From the NCBI GenBank assembly GCA_902764575.1, contig CACWWI010000003.1:1-50399 (forward strand): 50,399 nucleotides of DNA, read 5' to 3'. The notes beneath the pieces were generated by a model. The model saw nothing but the letters and a program-made list of their open reading frames with translations. It had not been told where the DNA came from and searched no databases. Position numbers and translations under genes: made by a program. Below, in pieces: positions 33,829 through 40,852 of the stretch. Origin of the DNA: an uncultured Coriobacteriaceae bacterium. Lineage in GTDB: Bacteria > Actinomycetota > Coriobacteriia > Coriobacteriales > Eggerthellaceae. Numbering within the stretch: the stretch's first letter is position 1; every line of letters begins with the position of its first letter.

Positions 33829-35486
33829 TGGACGAGGCGATTAGCGACATACTCGACGCGCTGAGGGGGCGCGAGGCTCTCGATGCCGCGCAGCTCGACC
33901 GCATCGTGAGGAAGCACAGCAGGCGCGCCCGCGACGGCAGGCGCCTGTTCGCCAAGAAGCGCCTCCTTTCTTATTACTTACATGAACGCGAAGCTGCAAG
34001 CGAGGCTTGGGAGCGCTGGAACGTCGACGAGGAGCTGCATGCGCGCATGATGCGCACGCTGCAGATGAAACCGCGCAGGACGGCCTCTGGCGTTGCGACC
34101 ATCACCGTCATCACGAAGCCTTGGCCCTGCGCGAACAACTGCGTGTATTGCCCGAACGACCCGACGATGCCCAAGAGCTACCTGCGCGACGAGCCTGCAT
34201 GCCAGCGCGCCGAGCGCAACGGGTTCGACCCCTACCTGCAAGTGGCGAGCCGCCTGCGCACGCTCCAGCGCATGGGGCATGCCACCGACAAGGTGGAGCT
34301 CATCGTGCTCGGCGGCACGTGGATGGACTACCCCCGGGAATACCGGCTGTGGTTCGTGGGCGAGCTCTTCCGCGCCCTCAACGATTCGGACGAAGCCAGG
34401 GACGAGGCTCTGGCGAAAGAGTCGGCTGCGGGACAAGCGCAGGGCGACCTCTCCAGTTTGCACAAGGCAAACGAGTCCGCCGAGCATCGCGTGGTGGGGC
34501 TCGTGGTGGAAACGAGGCCCGACACCGTGACGCCCGCTGCGCTGCGCGAGATGCGCGAGCTCGGTTGCACGAAGATACAGATGGGCGTGCAGTCCATCGA
34601 CGAGCGCATCCTAGCGCGGAACGGGCGCAACGAAACGCCCGAGGACATCAGCCGAGCCCTCGACCTCGCACGGCTCTTCGGGTTCAAGACCCATACCCAT
34701 TTCATGGTCAACCTCCTGGGGGCCACCCCGGAAAGCGATCGCGCCGACTACGAGGCGTTCGCCAACGACCCCGCCTACAGCCCCGATGAGGTGAAGCTCT
34801 ATCCCTGCGCGCTCGTGGAGGGAACGCAGCTCGTCGAGGAGTACGAGCGCGGTGCATGGCGACCGTACTCCGAAGAGGAGCTGTTGGATGTGCTCTGCGC
34901 CTGCATGGAGGCAACGCCTTCGCACATGCGCGTGTCGCGCATGATCCGCGACATTTCCGCGAAGGACATCCTCGTGGGGAACAAGAAGACGAACCTCCGG
35001 CAGCTCGTCGACGAGCGCCTCTCGGACGAAGGGACGAGCATCCGGGAAATACGGTTTCGCGAGATCGCAACCGGAGAGGTGGGCATCGACGACCTCAGGA
35101 TGGATGAAACCTCGTACGAAACGCATGCCACGAAGGAGCATTTCCTGCAATGGGTTACCCCGTCGAACCAGATTGCGGGGTTCTTGAGGCTGTCGCTTCC
35201 CAAAGAAAGCGCGCTCGCCGCCTACGATGGCCTGCCCGTGGAGCGGGGTCAGGCGATGATCCGCGAGGTCCACGTATACGGTGTGGCCACACGCGTCGGA
35301 GCGACGGGCGAATCCGCCCAGCACCACGGCCTGGGAAAGCGTCTCGTCATGAGGGCCCTGGAAATCGCCCGGGAGGCGGGATACGGCACCGTCAACGTCA
35401 TAAGCGCAGTTGGCACGCGTGATTATTACAGGAGCCTCGGTTTCGCTGACAACGGCCTATACCAAACCGTTTGCAGGCCAAATTAG
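33828..35486 (+). CDS. elp3: Bacterial Elp3 homolog (radical SAM + GNAT acetyltransferase; tRNA U34 cm5 modification family)
   Basis: KPWPCANNCVYCPN carries the CX3CX2C motif, followed by an Elp3-type central region. The C-terminal GNAT has QHHGLGKRLVMRALEIAREAGY. Confidence 0.85.
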   Translation: MDEAISDILDALRGREALDAAQLDRIVRKHSRRARDGRRLFAKKRLLSYYLHEREAASEAWERWNVDEELHARMMRTLQMKPRRTASGVATITVITKPWPCANNCVYCPNDPTMPKSYLRDEPACQRAERNGFDPYLQVASRLRTLQRMGHATDKVELIVLGGTWMDYPREYRLWFVGELFRALNDSDEARDEALAKESAAGQAQGDLSSLHKANESAEHRVVGLVVETRPDTVTPAALREMRELGCTKIQMGVQSIDERILARNGRNETPEDISRALDLARLFGFKTHTHFMVNLLGATPESDRADYEAFANDPAYSPDEVKLYPCALVEGTQLVEEYERGAWRPYSEEELLDVLCACMEATPSHMRVSRMIRDISAKDILVGNKKTNLRQLVDERLSDEGTSIREIRFREIATGEVGIDDLRMDETSYETHATKEHFLQWVTPSNQIAGFLRLSLPKESALAAYDGLPVERGQAMIREVHVYGVATRVGATGESAQHHGLGKRLVMRALEIAREAGYGTVNVISAVGTRDYYRSLGFADNGLYQTVCRPN

Positions 35487-35550
35487 AGATTTTTTCGAAT
35501 TGCCCCTCTTAAATAGTTGCAAAATGCCTATAATGCTTTCTTGTCACCGA

Positions 35551-35576
35551 AGCCCTGGATTGGGGCAGGGCTTTTG
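35551..35576 (+). terminator. Weak terminator-like hairpin after elp3
   Basis: agccctg-N8-cagggct followed by TTTT. Confidence 0.4.
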
Positions 35577-35639
35577 ACAGCGAAGGGCCCGATGCGGCAC
35601 ATGACGCTTCGGGGTTAGTTTTGACATAAGGAGGAAATC

Positions 35640-35906
35640 ATGTGCTTTAGACCTGATTCCGCAGGTGGCGGCGGCCCGATGAAGTGCCCTGGCTGTGGCA
35701 AGCCGATCCAGATGATCGCGGGCATCGAGCTCAAGGCGTGCCCGTTCTGCAAGGAAGACTTCACGCCGTACCTCAACGGCGAGAAGCCGATTCCCGGCCA
35801 GGAAGGCGCAGCTCCTGCTGCCCCCGGCGCCCCCAAGGCCCCCGGCGCCCCCAAGGCTCCCGGCGCCCCCAAGGCTCCCGGTGCTCCCAAGGCTCCTGGT
35901 GCGTAA
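35640..35906 (+). CDS. Small zinc-ribbon protein with a C-terminal APGAPK tandem repeat
   Basis: SD aaggagg lies 7 nt upstream. The zinc ribbon is CPGCGKP...CPFC. The tail is (APGAPK)x4.7. A strong terminator follows. Confidence 0.6.
   Translation: MCFRPDSAGGGGPMKCPGCGKPIQMIAGIELKACPFCKEDFTPYLNGEKPIPGQEGAAPAAPGAPKAPGAPKAPGAPKAPGAPKAPGA
35820..35903 (+). repeat. 18-bp tandem repeat (gcccccggcgcccccaag) x 4.7 within the CDS
   Basis: The units start at 35820, 35838, 35856, 35874 and 35892. Only synonymous third-position differences separate them. Confidence 0.9.
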
Positions 35907-35928
35907 GAGCATCTCGACAGGGATATGC

Positions 35929-35960
35929 GGTGCCCGCTTCGGCGGGCACCTTTTTATTTT
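35929..35960 (+). terminator. Rho-independent terminator
   Basis: ggtgcccgc-ttcg-gcgggcacc followed by TTTTTATTTT. Confidence 0.9.
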
Positions 35961-36038
35961 GAGTTGTTATTGGATTTACTAACGCTCTTCTCTTAGAATG
36001 GTCGGGCACACTTTTACGACATAGGAGGCAAGGAGCTT

Positions 36039-36521
36039 ATGAAACTTGGTTCTACCGTGCGCCTTATCTACACCGGCACGTTGAAGGACGGTACCGTCTT
36101 CGGGTATGCCAAGACCGAAGAGCCCATGGAGTTCCAGACGGGCATGGACCTCGTCATCGACGGCCTGGAGCGCGAGATCCTGCAGATGGAGGCCGGCGAG
36201 AAGAAGACGTTCACCATCGGCATGTACGACGCTTACGGCGAGTACCTCGACGACTTCATCGAAGTCGTGCCCGTGGAGAACGTTCCGCTGAAAAACGTTG
36301 AGATCGGCAACCGCATCTGGCTTTCGGGCGAGAACGGCGAGAAGATTCCCGTGAAGATCCTCGACATCAACTCCAAGGAGATCACGTTCGATATGAACCA
36401 TCCCCTTGCGGGCGAGGACCTCACGTTCGAGGTTGAGATCCTGAGCGTCGAGGAGCCTCCCGAGGGCTGGGAGCCCCCCAAGAAGCACGATCCCATGGAG
36501 TACGTGAACCAGCTCACGTAA
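36039..36521 (+). CDS. slyD: FKBP-type peptidyl-prolyl cis-trans isomerase (SlyD-like, with IF insert)
   Basis: VRLIYTGTLKDGTVFG...FQTGMDLVIDGLEREILQMEAGEKKTFTI...NHPLAGEDLTFEVEIL. Confidence 0.85.
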   Translation: MKLGSTVRLIYTGTLKDGTVFGYAKTEEPMEFQTGMDLVIDGLEREILQMEAGEKKTFTIGMYDAYGEYLDDFIEVVPVENVPLKNVEIGNRIWLSGENGEKIPVKILDINSKEITFDMNHPLAGEDLTFEVEILSVEEPPEGWEPPKKHDPMEYVNQLT

Positions 36522-36641
36522 GGGCGTTCAGCCGTGCGGGGTATTCGGATAACGAATAGGATTGACCGCTCTAGATAATCCCAGTGAATCGGGCTGGTTT
36601 TCTGTTATCTACCTGCGAGAACAAATATATGGTGAAGATAT

Positions 36642-36678
36642 GGAGCCGCGGTGCGCAATCCGCGGCTCCTTTCGTTTC
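36642..36678 (+). terminator. Terminator hairpin downstream of slyD
   Basis: ggagccgcgg-N8-ccgcggctcc followed by TTTCGTTTC. Confidence 0.7.
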
Positions 36679-36959
36679 ATTCTGTAGTGAATACCATTGT
36701 GAAACGGCACAATATGTATTTAACCGCATCGAAACATTACGCCAAATCTATCCTCAAAATAGATAGTACCCACTCGGCCCTTTTTTCAGTTTCGCTTAGG
36801 CAACACTGCTATCATGAATCCTGTTGGTATGAGCAGGTTCCACGTTGCCCCAGTTATAACCAACATGGGACCGGCATCATGCTGACAATATTAAAAGGGG
36901 AGTGAAACTCGGATTGTAACTGCCCTTCCGCACCAGTTCAAAAGCTCATACGGTTTCGG

Positions 36960-37133
36960 TTACCCACTTGCCAACCGGAGCCGCAAAAGCCGGAGGACGA
37001 GGCCGGGAGGATCGGTTTCCCCAGAAGTCGAAGGAAGAGGCTTTCCCCTAGAGCCGAATCCCGAAGACGGACGAGTCGTCGCAAGGCGAACCGAGCGAAG
37101 CTTCCAAGGGTAAACGAGAAAAGGAGTAACAGT
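36960..37133 (+). promoter_or_regulatory. GC- and purine-rich untranslated leader of the molybdoenzyme operon; a riboswitch is possible but unverified
   Basis: About 175 nt lie between an AT-rich island and the ATG. The sense strand has no ORF. Blocks agagccgaa, aaccgagcgaagc and ccaagggtaaacgagaaaaggag end in the SD. Confidence 0.3.
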
Positions 37134-39467
37134 ATGGCTTATTCCAAGGAGTGGCGTACCGAAATGCCCGACGGTACAATCGTCACCCGTTCGAACACCT
37201 GGTCGCCTCCGGGATCCCACCCCGTGGGATACGGCGTCAAGGTCGTGACCAAGGACGGCAAGCTCGTCCGCATCGAGGGCGACGATGACAACCCCATTAC
37301 CCTGGGCCGCGTCAACGCTCTGAACCTTGCGCTGCGCGAGTACACGCATCATCCCGACCGCATCATCTACCCGATGAAGCGTGCGGTCGAGGATCGTGGT
37401 AAAGACAAGTGGGTCCGCACCTCTTGGGACGAGTCCCTCGAGGTCATCACCGAGAAGGTTCGTTACTTCTGGGAGACCTATGGTCATGAGTCCATCGTCT
37501 GCTTCGGTGGCACCGGCCGTGAGGCTTGCATTTACTACTATGCTCTGACGTTCTCCGTCCTGCAGTCGCCGAACTGCTGCTACACGCAGTCTGGTTGGTC
37601 CTGCTACGGCCCGCGTTGCTCGGTTTCCGACTACGTCCTCGGCGCTGGTTACCCCGAGCTCGACTATGCTGGCCACCTGCCCGGCTCCTACGACGACCCG
37701 CGTTACACGCTGTCGAAGTACGTCGTGGTCTGGGGCAAGGAACCGCTGCCCTCCAACGGTGACGGCTTCTTCGGTCACTGCCTCGTCGACATGATGAAGC
37801 GTGGCTCCAAGATCATCTCCGTTGACCCGCGCGTCACCTGGGTTGGCGCCCATGACGGCAACATCAACGTTCAGCTGCGTCCGCAGACCGACACCTGCTT
37901 CGCCCTCGGCGTTATGAACCTCATGTTCCAGAACGACGAGTACGATCATGACATGGCTGAGAACTGGATCTTCGGCATCGACGAGCTCAAGGAGCGCGCT
38001 GCTGAGTATCCGGTCGAGAAGGTTTCCGAGATCACCACGGTTTCCGTCGAGACCATCGAGAAGGTCGCGCACATCATCGGCACCGAGCGCCCGATTGGTT
38101 GGGCTTGGGGCCTCGCGTTCGACCAGAACAAGAACGGCGTCCAGCTGTCGCAGTCGATGATCCTCCTGGCCGCTCTGGCTGGCTCGATCGACTCCCCCGG
38201 CGGCCTGACCCTCGGTCCTCCGTCCGCTCTGCTCGGCAAGTGGCGCATGGAGCAGCGTGGCGCAATGTCCGACGAGATTTGGCAGAAGCGCATCGGCGCT
38301 GCTGAGTGGCCCGGCCTGTCCACCGGCATGGCTACCACCCAGCCTGACGAGACGCTGAACACCATGGAGACGCATCAGCCTTATCAGCTGCGTTTCGCTT
38401 GGTTCAACTCCTCCAACTTCCTGGCCCCGACGTGCTCGGCTCAGCCGAAGCGTTGGCACAAGGCGCTGCTCGAGTCCATCGAGTTCTGCGTGATCCAGGA
38501 CCTCTGGATGACCCCGACGGCCATGGCTGTTGGCGACTGGTTCCTCCCGATGGCCACTTGGGCTGAGCATGACGGCATCGTCCTCACCCACTATGGCCGC
38601 AACACCGTGTTCATGGGCCCGATGAACAAGGCCCTGCAGTGCGGCGAGTGCATGTCCGACATCGAGATCTGCCTGATGTTCGGTTCGAAGCTCACCCCGA
38701 ACTGGTGGCCGTGGCTCGACAGCAACTGGATGCCGGGCGACAAGGATGGCGCTGCCATCGACCGCACCGAGCTCGACGCTGCTGTTGACAAGTTCTTCAG
38801 CGATCAGCTGGCTGAGCTCGACATGACCTTCAACGACCTCCGTGAAGAGGGTCTGTATCAGCCTGGTGCCCATGGCTTCGAGTACGACAAGTTCCGCAAG
38901 GGTCTGCTCCGCTTCGACGGCGAGCCTGGCTTCAACACCATCACTGGTCAGATCGAGGCCAACTCGATCCTCTACGCCTCCTGGGGCGAGGATCCGCTGC
39001 CTTACTACGAGGAGCCGAACTACCAGCAGATCGCCCGTCCGCAGGACGCCGAGGCTTATCCGCTGATTTCGACCTCTGGTTCCCGTCGTTACAGCTCCTT
39101 CCACTCCGAGCATCGTCAGGTTCCGTCCCTGCGTCAGATCGATCCGTGGGCATGGGTCCAGATTCCGCCCGAGACCGCCAAGGAATATGGCATCACCGAG
39201 GGCGACTGGGTCGAGGTCTACAACATGTTCGGCGAGGCGCGCTTCAAGGCAGAGATCACTCCTGTCCTGAAGCCGGGCGTCATCAACTGCGCTCATGGTT
39301 GGTGGTATCCTGAGCAGGACGGCGAAGAGCCCAACCTGTTCGGCGTGTGGAAGTCCAACTTCAACAGCCTGGTCCCGCACCAGAACATCGGCAAGCTTGG
39401 CTTCGGCGCTCCCTACAAGGGTGTCATGTGCAACATGAAGCGCGTCCGCAGCCTCGACGAGGATTAA
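37134..39467 (+). CDS. Cytoplasmic bis-MGD molybdopterin (DMSO-reductase superfamily) enzyme, catalytic subunit lacking the FS0 [4Fe-4S] cysteines
   Basis: The fold-typical blocks are DGKLVRIEGDDDNP, PDRIIYPMKR, ISVDPR and a C-terminal MGD-binding barrel (YPLISTSGSRRYSSFHSE...ITEGDWVEVYN...PGVINCAHGWW). There is no Cys in the first 122 aa and no twin-arginine signal. Confidence 0.85.
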   Translation: MAYSKEWRTEMPDGTIVTRSNTWSPPGSHPVGYGVKVVTKDGKLVRIEGDDDNPITLGRVNALNLALREYTHHPDRIIYPMKRAVEDRGKDKWVRTSWDESLEVITEKVRYFWETYGHESIVCFGGTGREACIYYYALTFSVLQSPNCCYTQSGWSCYGPRCSVSDYVLGAGYPELDYAGHLPGSYDDPRYTLSKYVVVWGKEPLPSNGDGFFGHCLVDMMKRGSKIISVDPRVTWVGAHDGNINVQLRPQTDTCFALGVMNLMFQNDEYDHDMAENWIFGIDELKERAAEYPVEKVSEITTVSVETIEKVAHIIGTERPIGWAWGLAFDQNKNGVQLSQSMILLAALAGSIDSPGGLTLGPPSALLGKWRMEQRGAMSDEIWQKRIGAAEWPGLSTGMATTQPDETLNTMETHQPYQLRFAWFNSSNFLAPTCSAQPKRWHKALLESIEFCVIQDLWMTPTAMAVGDWFLPMATWAEHDGIVLTHYGRNTVFMGPMNKALQCGECMSDIEICLMFGSKLTPNWWPWLDSNWMPGDKDGAAIDRTELDAAVDKFFSDQLAELDMTFNDLREEGLYQPGAHGFEYDKFRKGLLRFDGEPGFNTITGQIEANSILYASWGEDPLPYYEEPNYQQIARPQDAEAYPLISTSGSRRYSSFHSEHRQVPSLRQIDPWAWVQIPPETAKEYGITEGDWVEVYNMFGEARFKAEITPVLKPGVINCAHGWWYPEQDGEEPNLFGVWKSNFNSLVPHQNIGKLGFGAPYKGVMCNMKRVRSLDED

Positions 39468-39486
39468 TCGAAAGGGGAAGATCTTA

Positions 39487-39846
39487 ATGGCAGACACTCA
39501 ATACGGCCTGCTCGTTGACTACACGTACTTCTCCGGCAATCACGCTGCAGAGATTGCCTGCAAGGAGGAACTTGGTCTTCCGCTCGAGCAGTTTGGTATC
39601 AAGGAAGTCGAAGTCGGCCCCTTCCGCAAGGGCGAGGGTGACACTGGCGACGCTTGGGAATGGTTCTACATTCCTTGCCCGACCAGCATCTTCTCCGAGC
39701 ACTGGGGAGCCGGTGGCGATAAGGCCGGTCAGCGTCCCGTCGCTGTCCAGGTCGAAGAGTCTCACTCCATGTTCTATGGCCCTCTCGATGAGATGTACGC
39801 CAAGATGCAGGAGTTTGACCGCCCGACCGTTCTGTTCCGTCTCTAA
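39487..39846 (+). CDS. Degenerate ferredoxin-like (beta-subunit-derived) small subunit lacking Fe-S cluster cysteines
   Basis: YGLLVDYTYFSGNHAAEIACKEE mimics the N-terminal YG..VD...C.GC.AC..ACK.E motif of 4Fe-4S beta subunits, with 3 of 4 Cys replaced. The 119-aa protein has only 2 Cys. It lies 20 nt after the alpha stop. Confidence 0.7.
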   Translation: MADTQYGLLVDYTYFSGNHAAEIACKEELGLPLEQFGIKEVEVGPFRKGEGDTGDAWEWFYIPCPTSIFSEHWGAGGDKAGQRPVAVQVEESHSMFYGPLDEMYAKMQEFDRPTVLFRL

Positions 39847-39864
39847 AGTTTTGTGATAGACTTG

Positions 39865-39892
39865 GGTGCGGCCGTCAAGCGGCGGCCGCACC
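39865..39892 (+). other. Intercistronic 10-bp GC-rich stem-loop without a U-tract
   Basis: ggtgcggccg-N8-cggccgcacc lies between the beta-like gene and the third ORF, just 5' of the SD gaaggaggg. Confidence 0.6.
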
Positions 39893-39912
39893 TAGAAGAA
39901 GGAGGGACACAT

Positions 39913-40197
39913 ATGGATCGTGAAGAACTTCTGGCTCTAGACAACAGCGAGATCGCGAAGCTTCTCAACGACGCAATTGCCGCAGGCAAGACCAAGGACG
40001 AGGCGCTGGCCGAGTACCAGCTCGACGCTCCTGAGCTGATGAAGCAGAACATCTTCTGGGTCAAGGACAAGTTCCTGGCTCGCGCGTGGTCTGGCTACAC
40101 CAGCACGAAGCGTTCCGGCAACGAGTATGCTCAGGAAGGCGACGGCTGGCGCGGCGACGACGTCAAGGACTTCAAGGGCCGCGAGGTGCCTTGGTAG
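39913..40197 (+). CDS. Hypothetical 94-aa protein, third gene of the molybdoenzyme operon
   Basis: SD gaaggaggg precedes ATG 39913. Codon style matches the upstream genes. A strong terminator follows. No family was recognised. Confidence 0.55.
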   Translation: MDREELLALDNSEIAKLLNDAIAAGKTKDEALAEYQLDAPELMKQNIFWVKDKFLARAWSGYTSTKRSGNEYAQEGDGWRGDDVKDFKGREVPW

Positions 40198-40229
40198 GCC
40201 AACCGCTGTTCTAGCAGCTAAGCTTTTTT

Positions 40230-40254
40230 GGGGTGGCTTCGGCCACCCCTTTTC
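40230..40254 (+). terminator. Rho-independent terminator of the molybdoenzyme operon
   Basis: ggggtggc-ttcg-gccacccc followed by TTTTC. Confidence 0.9.
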
Positions 40255-40398
40255 TATGCTGAAATACTGCTGTTTACAAGGCGCTTCGAAATAGGGCATG
40301 GGCCCTGCGCACGCGAGCTCATCCCTTTGCTATAATACTCTGCACGCAATAATGCATAGCCGTATACCGGAATCCGAAAGGGAAGGTGATGTGAGGTT

Positions 40399-40725
40399 AT
40401 GGCAACCGAAGAAGAGATCCGCGCAGAAGGTCGTTTGACCGAAGAGCAGGAGAACATCCTGTACAATATCGCGCTCAGGCAGGACGAGCTCGGCCGTGAG
40501 CCTACCAACGTCCTGCTCTCCAAGATCGAGAATAACCCGGTTTATCAAGGCATGATCGACCGCGAGCTCCTCACCTATCAGGTGTACAACCATGGCGGGG
40601 AAGGCGCTCCTGTTGTGGCGAGCCTCATCGTCACCCTCAAGGGCATGCGCTACTGCATCATGTACGGCGACGAGATCGAGCCTCGCCGCAAGTACGACAC
40701 CGCCGGTCGCCGTAGGGACCTGTAA
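40399..40725 (+). CDS. Hypothetical 108-aa protein
   Basis: The ORF starts at an ATG after ggaaggtgatgtgagg. No family was recognised. A terminator-like hairpin follows. Confidence 0.5.
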   Translation: MATEEEIRAEGRLTEEQENILYNIALRQDELGREPTNVLLSKIENNPVYQGMIDRELLTYQVYNHGGEGAPVVASLIVTLKGMRYCIMYGDEIEPRRKYDTAGRRRDL

Positions 40726-40770
40726 GGTTCTGGCTTGCTAAGCAGGCGCCAAGAAGAACCGGTGATAAAA

Positions 40771-40800
40771 GCCCACAGCCAACGAGGTTGCGGGCTTTTT
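40771..40800 (+). terminator. Imperfect terminator hairpin
   Basis: gcccaca...ttgcgggc followed by TTTTT. Confidence 0.55.
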
Positions 40801-40852
40801 CCTTTCTAAAGTAGAATCGAACCGTTCGAGGAAACAGGGCAAGGAGCAGTTC

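Noticed and set aside
36698-36711. CRP/FNR-type site TGTGAAACGGCACA
   Set aside because: The palindrome is TGTG-N6-CACA, two bp shorter than the TGTGA-N6-TCACA geometry, and it also does not fit TTGAT-N4-ATCAA. It is mentioned only as a generic palindrome within the AT-rich island.
36584-36905. Small ORFs of 60 and 84 aa in the AT-rich island
   Set aside because: There is no SD, the composition and codon usage are atypical, and the first ORF spans the slyD terminator hairpin. They are more likely non-coding regulatory DNA. Ribo-seq would be needed to revive them.
36960-39497. 845-aa ORF on the minus strand, the largest ORF in the window
   Set aside because: It is exactly antisense to the molybdoenzyme gene. 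The translation is Arg/Gly/Leu/Val-rich with no recognisable motifs, while the plus-strand product has clear family signatures. This is a typical high-GC shadow ORF.
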